Source of the DNA: Eutreptiella sp. 'Long Island Sound 2002'
Lineage: Eukaryota; Protista; Euglenida
Direction: 5' to 3'
DNA: 64,000 nucleotides
NCBI GenBank assembly: GCA_964036045.1
Contig: OZ038378.1
Location: 184,512,001 to 184,576,000 of the forward strand
The notes below the pieces were generated by a model. It was not told the DNA's origin, did not search any database, and was given only the letters and a program-made list of their open reading frames with translations. A program made the translations under genes and the position numbers. Position 1 is the stretch's first letter. Each line of letters starts with the position of its first letter. Positions 23,101 through 64,000 of this stretch are shown here, piece by piece.

Positions 23101-26100
23101 GTCATGCCTCTTGAGGGCCGCCAAAGCAACAGGGAGCAGTCCAGTGATTTGTGCACAAGCAGCAGCGTCATACGCAGAGTCGCAAACCATAGCCCCAAGG
23201 CCTCCCCTCTGGCAGTGGTGTGGGGCCCTGGGATGAGCCCTGGCGCACTTGCAAACTGCCCAGCCCAGCATGCTGCATGGTGAAACCGCATGCAGAAACA
23301 CGTCCGGCTTTCAGTCACAGTAACACAGAAGAGCTCCTGCAGCAAACTACGACACAAGAGGCAATTGGCATGCTTTTGCCAGCAAACCCTCATCCACCAC
23401 CCCACCGCTAACAGATATGCGCACACACGCATGCCAACAACACAAAGGAGGTTTTCTTCAATCGTCTGTAAATGTGTGTGGACTCTAACCCCCGCTACAT
23501 GCGGGCCCGGCCCCCTTTTCAGACGGAGCACGATCACACACCCTCTCCAATTTCTGAGCGAGCCACTGTTGCGGCCGCAGTAGGTGGTGGTCTTTGCTGA
23601 GATAAAGTACATCAGAACACTGCCCTTCAGCAGTAGCCCTATGGGCCCCGAGCAAGTGTGGCAAAGGAGCAGGAATCTCGTTTCTATTTCTTGGAGATCA
23701 TTTGAGACCTGGCACTCCCTCAACCCCCTGGCATATTGGTCTATCCCTAAAAAAAGCCATTGTATGTGTAGCTTAGTGTGGTGTGGTATGCTGTGGCACA
23801 GTGTCGTGCCGTGCCGTGCTGTGTCCTGGTGCGTGTGCTGTATGTGTGTGCGCGCGCCCGTGTGCGTGCGTGTGCGTGTGTCTGGGCGCATGCGTGGGCG
23901 TGGGCGTTCGTGTGCATGTTGGTGGGTGGGATCGCGCAAGTGCAGCCCCTTTCATACTGTCTCCCATCGCTTGACAGCAGGCAAGTTCATTTTCCTCACC
24001 AGCAAGTTCAGGAAGTGCCTAGAAAAGTTCAGTGAATGAGCAATTCCCTTGCCTGTACTGAGTTAAAAGCACTCGGCAGTAGCATTGCTGTTGCGAAATC
24101 TCCGCAGAACCTGCGCCTTCTGTGTGCTGCCACAATGTCCCTAGGATTGCACCTGTGTGGGCGTGCGCATGCATGTGGAGGTGCACGGGGTTCGTTCGGT
24201 GAGGGGTCTCTGCAAAGTTTGAAAAAGAAAACAGCCACATCACATGCAAGTGCCTGAGGTCTGCATGGTGGGCATTTGCGTACTGCGTGTGTGTGTGTGT
24301 GTGTGCACTGTGAGAACAAATTCCTCTTCACCGTCACTCCTGTCTCAGAAAGGACCTTGCCTACCTTTTTGTTAATGGCCTGATGAAATTGTCTCGGTGA
24401 CCAGTGCTCTGCCTTCGCTTGCTTTCGTCTTCACTGACGTTGTGCCCCGCGTTTGGTCCCCACTGGTTTTCCCGCACGAAGTGTGTGTGTGTGTGTGTGA
24501 GTAGTTGCTCAGGCGCTTGGTGCGCAGTTTGTGCATTGCTGAGAACTGCTGACAGGAATTCTGAGCAGAGTTTTGAATTGACTATTGCTTGTGCTGCTCC
24601 TGGCAGTTCAGTGCGTGCTTTGAAGTGGGTCAGACTGAGGATGGAGTTGCGTGCGTCCCCTTTCGTGCGACTGTCCTTTACATGTCTGACTGGAGATGTT
24701 TTGGTGCTGTCTGTAATGGACCGTGGAATGACCAGTGAGAGGAAAGGATGGGTTCATCTTGCTGCATAGAAATGCAAAAGGCCTGGCATGCGAATCAGAA
24801 AATGCAGTGATGACAATTGTTGTTCACTGCATGGTCTTTGGTCTTGGTCTTTGGTCTTTGATTGCGGCATTTCTGAAGTGGAAGCAACGCCCTGTCCAAG
24901 CACCAGGATCCGGTGTGACCGTCGTTTTCCTGACCTTCCTGGTGCTTGTGCAAGGGGGGGGGGGTATCCAAGTACCTGCAATGTTATTTCTTACAGAACC
25001 AGTAACACAGGACTGCTGTCAGCAGTCTATGCTGCGTCATTATCGCTGGCTGTTCTCTGTGTGGGTGGTTATGTTCACATGTTCCAAGAACTTCAGTGGT
25101 AGGATGTGGCGAAACTACCGGTGAACATGAATGCTCATATTTCAGCACCACCTGTGCAGTGGCGGTTTGTCATTTGTGTCCTGATTCATTTATTGAAGCT
25201 TAGCATCATGTCAATACTACCCTCTAACCAAGAGCGTTATCACGATTTTGTACTCTTCATTGTGCGACCAAACGAGAACTGATGGTCTGCACCGGTGATC
25301 TGTCCCGACAACCAGGTTTTGTCATGCTATTTGTGCTTGTCACAGTATTTGGGACCTTGAAGACCTTCTGCCTCGTGAACAGGAGCTTCCTGGAAAAATT
25401 TTGATTCTTGATTTTTCAGATTGCAATCTTTCATGAAAGGCACAGACAGCAGATATTTCACCGCCCAACATTGAAATGCATTCCACAAGTCAATGAAGAC
25501 GAAAGATTACAGCTGCAAATTGAAAATTGCAAGTTGGCGAATATGCTGGTGGTACCGACACCAAAGTGCATGCCTATTTTTGACAAACTCGAACCCACTG
25601 TTGACACATAAGCCAGGTTTGGATTTTTAGACCAAGGTCGGACCAAATGTAATGATGCATTTAGAAGTCATCTGCAACTGGTTCCCAAACCTTGCCCCGG
25701 TGTGTGTATAGCTCAATGTGTGCCCAATTCAGCACCCTAGGGTCTTGTTGTCGCATTGCTTCCTGGTTTGATAATGCCATAATTTGTTGTGTGTCCACTT
25801 CTTTTCCAATCCATATTTGCTGTTCCCATGCATTTGAGCACAAGACTCCTTTGTCCAAGGTACAGTCGGCACCCAGATCACATTGCTTTGGGATTGGCGT
25901 CTCCTGGAGAAGGAGAGGACTCAGGCCAAAATCATTAATTTTGGGGTAAAAGAGACACTGTGGACCTGGCTGTAGTGCTCCCAAATATTGAATCCAAAGG
26001 CATACTTCTGCACAGTGATGCATGCCATTCATTTTGAGGACCACCTAGGGGTGTTTGATTAGGTAGGGCTCCAAACGGGCACCACCTTCAGTTATTTTAT

Positions 26101-28686
26101 TGTGTGGGGCTCTTGCTGGGTTTCACCCATGGAGGTGTGATGGAGTAGTACTCAAGGATAGCACTCCCGCCAAGCTCCGACAAGGGCAAGAAGGGCACCC
26201 TGGTTCAGAACCTACCAGCCCCCCCCCCCCCCCCCACACACACACAGGAGCGGTCACCCATGACCCGCGCGTGCCGCAGCGTCTGTTAGAGTCCCTCAAT
26301 TTGGCCCTCTTGGATAACGGGAGAGGCCCCCACAGCAGTGATGAGTCCCGCCGGTCGACTGCATCCCAGGAATCTGCAGCCACGACAGTGACATGCAGCA
26401 CAGAGGGATCGCAGTGTGTCACACCGTGATCAGCAGCTGATGGTGTGGAGGAGTCCAGTCGGTTGCACAACGGCCCTGACCAGCCTCTGAGCAAGCAGAT
26501 CGCGCCCCGCGCCCCCTTGTATGTTGTACGTCCTTGACCTACGAACCAAGCGCCTGTACCCACTGGGACTTTAAACCTAAGGACCACGACTACGCCGGAG
26601 CCAGGAGGGCCAAGAGGGAGCCAGCTTCATCAGCACCTGGTGAAGGAGTGACCTCTGGCCAGCATGTACGCCTAAACCTATAGAGTCCTGACGGACGCAA
26701 CCCATCCATTCAGGGCAGGTGAGGGCTGGAATACGGCAATTAACCTGAGTGCGCTGGATGCGCCAACGAGGACAGTGGGCAATGAAAGCTGTGGGGCAGG
26801 CGTACCCGGAGCCTAATGCGGACATTGCAAACCTGACCATTGATGCCCCCACCACTCCAGACCCCCCAAAGTTCTCGAACCTGCCTTTCGCCAATTTTAG
26901 ATTTTGGCTGTGAACCTGGGCGCCAAAGGCGCCCATTGTTATTTTTTTCCTTTGTTGTACGGCAGGGAGTAAAACCATTTTTCAGCCCATGTGTGTATAC
27001 TCAAAATGCTCAGAGTTTTATGGAGATTTCAAATATGTATGAAAAACACGAAAAACAATTTGACACCCGCCCTCACTCCAACCCAACCCACTTTGGCAAC
27101 TTGGCCATCCCTCCCCCTCCTTTGGAGGGGCAAAGTTTTCTTCAAAAAAAATTTGTACACCAACACACCAAAATGATCAGTGCAACTTAAACGCACTGAT
27201 CATTTTGAGGTCTGTATTTAGGGGTAAAAAATCTTTAGCCTCGCGCCAGACCATCCTCCAGCCCGCCCGCCCCCCCCCCCCTCCGGAACCCCAAAGTTTT
27301 TCTTGGTGTCTACAGTCAAACAAGTGCCCCCCTTGGACAAAGGGTATTTCAAAGAATCTTGGGACTTTGCAGTGACCTGCACAGGTCAATTGTGGTTGGT
27401 CTTGCCTCAACATGCCGTCTCAAGCATTGTAGGTGGCCCTGATCATGTTTGGAAACAAAGTCCTTTTACATGCTTTGAACCTCCAGTGTCCTCCTGTACC
27501 CCTAGAAACCAAATCGTGGGTGGTGCAGCAACTGGATGAATCAACCAGAACAGTCCGACGTATAAAAGTACCTTCCCATGTGAAAGTGGCAGGAATGTGG
27601 GAGGCATACGGCATCAAGAGCACAGTCATCAAGGAGACCATGTTAGCGGTGGCAGCACTGCCTTCATGAGAACTGAGAACTGCCTATGCCCTGGCAAAGC
27701 TAGCAAAGCTGGCTCTCATTTTTTCGGCCTTCCTTCTACCCTGGCTTCTATTCTGTGCGGGGTGGGTTTGTCTGTGCATGCATGGAGGCATGTGGAGGAA
27801 GGGAAACAGTGCCATAGAGACTAGCAATACTTGCTGGCAGCTGTACTGGCAAAGTGGGCACGGTGGTGAAGTGCAACTCGAATTGTCGAAATATCAAACT
27901 GTGCTGCATCATTGCGCTGTGGTCAGGCTGTTTGCACACTGCCTGCTTCTTGTGAGACAATGGTCCCAAAATCAACTCCGCTAAGCCACAGTGTGCCATG
28001 TCCCTGTCCAGTCATGCACAGAATTAGGGTAGCCCCAGTGTCCTTCTTTGGGCAGCTTGTTCATGAAGGATGCCCTGAGAGGAAGGTACATGCCCCGGGC
28101 CGGCGGCTACTGGCTAGCCATTTTTTGGTTGCGCCAACTGCTGGCGGTTGCGTGGTTGACTACCAACCAACCCTTTGTGTCCCACGGTGCATGTAGTGAG
28201 CCGTGAGTAGAACTCGCATGTATGCATCGAGTGGAACGCTCACATATTTCAACATGCGTTGCGTATTGAAGGTTCAGGTGTTAAGGATGCTGACGGTGCC
28301 AAGTATTCCGAAAGGTTCACTTGCCTCACATGTGTTCTGCTGTGTGTGTCCTGACGTGTGCCAAGGGCATCCCTCCCTCCTGTGCTCATCTGGCTATCAC
28401 ACTCGCTCCTTCGACCCCCGCTTGAATCCATCTTCCAAGATTTGTGCATGAAAGTCTTTTTTCACTTCTTACTTACTTTTTGTAAGGGGGTGGCTTTTCT
28501 CCCACTGCATACACTGATGACAGGTTCTGAGGTCCAAATAGATGTCCCACCGCCCCTGGCGGCTTGTGGGCTTCCACGCGGGACAACACTTACGAGGCAC
28601 ACGTAAGTCTCAGAACAAAAGAATAAACTGTTGACTTACGTTTTTTTGTACACCTTTCTTTTTTTTTTTCACTCTTTGTCCACTTG

Positions 28687-28687
28687 T

Positions 28688-28734
<47 letters not shown>

Positions 28735-28738
28735 TAGT
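28687..28738. repeat. (AGC)n(AGT)n compound trinucleotide repeat just upstream of the kinesin start
   Basis: Visible directly. Confidence 0.9.
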
Positions 28739-28762
28739 TATTCTTATTCTCTTCACAGCAAC

Positions 28763-61756
<32,994 letters not shown>

Positions 61757-63464
61757 AGATGCACTCATGCCGAAGAACAGGAAAAAAAAAATCAGGGGCA
61801 GAGTAGCAAGAGTGTCATTGCCGTGGACCTATCATCTGGGGGTATCTGGGTGAGTGTGTAGAATGAGTTTGCTACGATGATTTAACAAGATGTTCAACGC
61901 TTCATGCCGGTGTTATATACGCCGCTGCTGTGATGGATGTCTTAACACGCCGCCAGCGGAGTAGTGGAAGTGGCGATTGGCTGGGGTCGCTGTGTCTGTC
62001 ACACAGTGGGACTCTCGTTTCCCTAGCTTCCCACCAGAAGGCGGGTTCAGTCATGAGGTCTGGGCAGTGGTTGGTTGGCCCGGTTCGGTGACACCCTCTT
62101 TCTCCCTGACAGGGCGGGGGCCAGGCGGCAAACCATTTCTGGCTGGGGTTCCTTCTTCCTCCCCCTCCCCAGGGGGGATGGGTACGTTGCAGAAAAAAAA
62201 AACCCTCGAGTCGTTTTAGGGAAACACCTGTTATCTTGGTACAATGATGCAGGTCATGTGGGCAATTTGGCCGTTCCTCGCTGGGTTACGTGTTATTTCA
62301 ATGCCTCCCCGCACTGGGGATCCCGAGACGGCAAGGGCTGTGCAGCCATATTGTGTCCTTCATGAACCCGCTTGGAGGGAGATTCGACATCCCTGCTCAT
62401 CTCATAGCACCTCCGGTGTGAATGCAGTACAGGGTTCGGCCTGAGGCTGGCTACCGCTATGGTGTACGTTGAGAGGACCACTGACCATGGCTCCTGTTCT
62501 CCTGTGTGCCGCATGTGGGTGGGTGACGGGCAGGGCTCTCTATTGTCATCCGTCTTTCTGATGCTTTTTATTTCTTTCCTGCGGATCACCCTTTGGGAGC
62601 GCTCCAACAGCTGCTCAACCGCCGTCATGCCACTCTAACCGCCACCGGTTACTGTCCATCCAACCGCCGTTGGCCGGCCCCCCCGCCTGCCATCCGTTAC
62701 CGCCTGAATATGATTGGGTGTAGGGTCACCCTCGTTCCCTTTTTCCCCTTTGAATTTGCAGCGTCCTCATGGGCGGGCGGGTGGATCGTTGGAGTCTGGT
62801 GTAACGCACGAGGGCGTTCGCATCGGCATTTGGTTTTATGGACCTCAGTAGCTATCGCCCGCTGGAGGGAGCGCGCCGCAACGATTGGGGCAACACGGGG
62901 CAGGCGCACCATGTGCTTCGTGCTTTGTTTTGGATGCCTGTGTGTGCGGAAGGCGCTGTTACTGTAAGGCAATGGCCAGAATGTCGTATCAATGGGAACT
63001 GGTGGACAGGCGGACCCTAAAACTGACCCTGAGCTAAGCGTTGAAACCCTGCGGCGGGGGCTGGTAGCGGTGCGGGGCCGTCCCTGAGCAGATTTGCTTG
63101 CCCTCCAAGCAGCGGTCTGTTGTGAGTGGCCCTGGGCACCCCATGCGTCTCCGCCTGCTGGTGGTGCCTCTCTCGCTTTTGTGCGTGGGGGGGGGGTCAA
63201 CCGTACGATTGTCACCTCGAAAGGTGTGCACGGCGAAAGTACTCCCCCGTCGCAGAGGCAACAAACCCCTTCCAGACGACACATTTTGGGGTGTGCAGCA
63301 GTATTCCAACCCCCCCCCCCTGCCTTTGATGGATTTTGGGTTTGCATCATGACGCAGGACTGTCTCAGGCGCCATCCTTTGACCCCACACTTCTTCAGGA
63401 ATGAGGGATTCCTCCATTTTTTTCCGCGAAGGGCAGCCTGCGGTTTTGGGTGGCGGGACTGCCG

Positions 63465-63580
63465 TTAACCGACGGTGGTTGATGGGTCAACCGACGCCAC
63501 TTGCCCTGTAGCAGACAGCAGATACTGGCCGGGCGGTGCACTGTTGACTTCCAGGTGTGCCTGAGTCCGGCAGTTTTCTT
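63465..63580 (+). repeat. Interspersed repeat family C copy
   Basis: ttaaccgacggtggttgatgggtcaaccgacgcc...gtgcactgttga...gagtccg matches 6507-6640. Confidence 0.7.
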
Positions 63581-64000
63581 TTTCCTTCTTGGCGCTACGG
63601 ACAACCCTGGTTGACCGTCAGGTACCATCGAGCGCCTGGCGCTGCTTGGCCAGCTATGCACCCGCGGACATCTGGGGGTTCGATGCCTGTTGAAAGCTGT
63701 TGGGAGGATTGCCCTCGACAAATCCACACCAATGACGGTTTATGTCCTTTGGGTAAATCAGGCCAGTGGTATTCTCCCTTTGGGATCGGTGCATGTCACC
63801 ACTCGGAAGGTATAACCGTAACCTTGTTTCTGACTGTTGATTTCTTTGCGTCGGGGGGCGGGGGATGCATTGCCCCTCTCGGCCCTGGCGCTAACCATTG
63901 GTTGGATGGGCGTGACGACACCGTAGCCATACGTCCTCATTACAATTGTGCAAAGCCTTTGGAAGTCCACGGCAAGCCTGGCATGTGCAGGTGAATGAAC

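Overview
Eukaryotic, intron-rich and repeat-rich genomic DNA. It is probably from a large-genome euglenozoan such as a euglenid; this is inferred from the GT[A/G]TG donor consensus and the SAM-kinesin-13 layout and is not proven. Two + strand host genes can be reconstructed. The first is an uncharacterised multi-exon gene (about 2.6-19.9 kb, model partial). The second is a ~20-exon kinesin-13 gene with an N-terminal SAM domain (28763-61756, ~710-723 aa). An 11-kb intron of the kinesin carries an antisense non-LTR retrotransposon (~44.5-53.1 kb). Its reading frame runs ~7.6 kb (~2540 codons): ~1000 aa of unrecognised N-terminus, then APE endonuclease, RT with SSDD in place of YADD, RNase H, a CCHC finger and a tail. 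That frame is broken only by five in-frame TAG/TGA stops. Upstream of it lies an ORF with a tandem 61-aa repeat. Introns also contain a TIR MITE with a 9-bp TSD, a tRNA-Arg-like Pol III element, a Q-rich ORF, several fossil ORFs with in-frame stops, interspersed repeat families and micro/minisatellites. No rRNA, intact tRNA or CRISPR array was seen.
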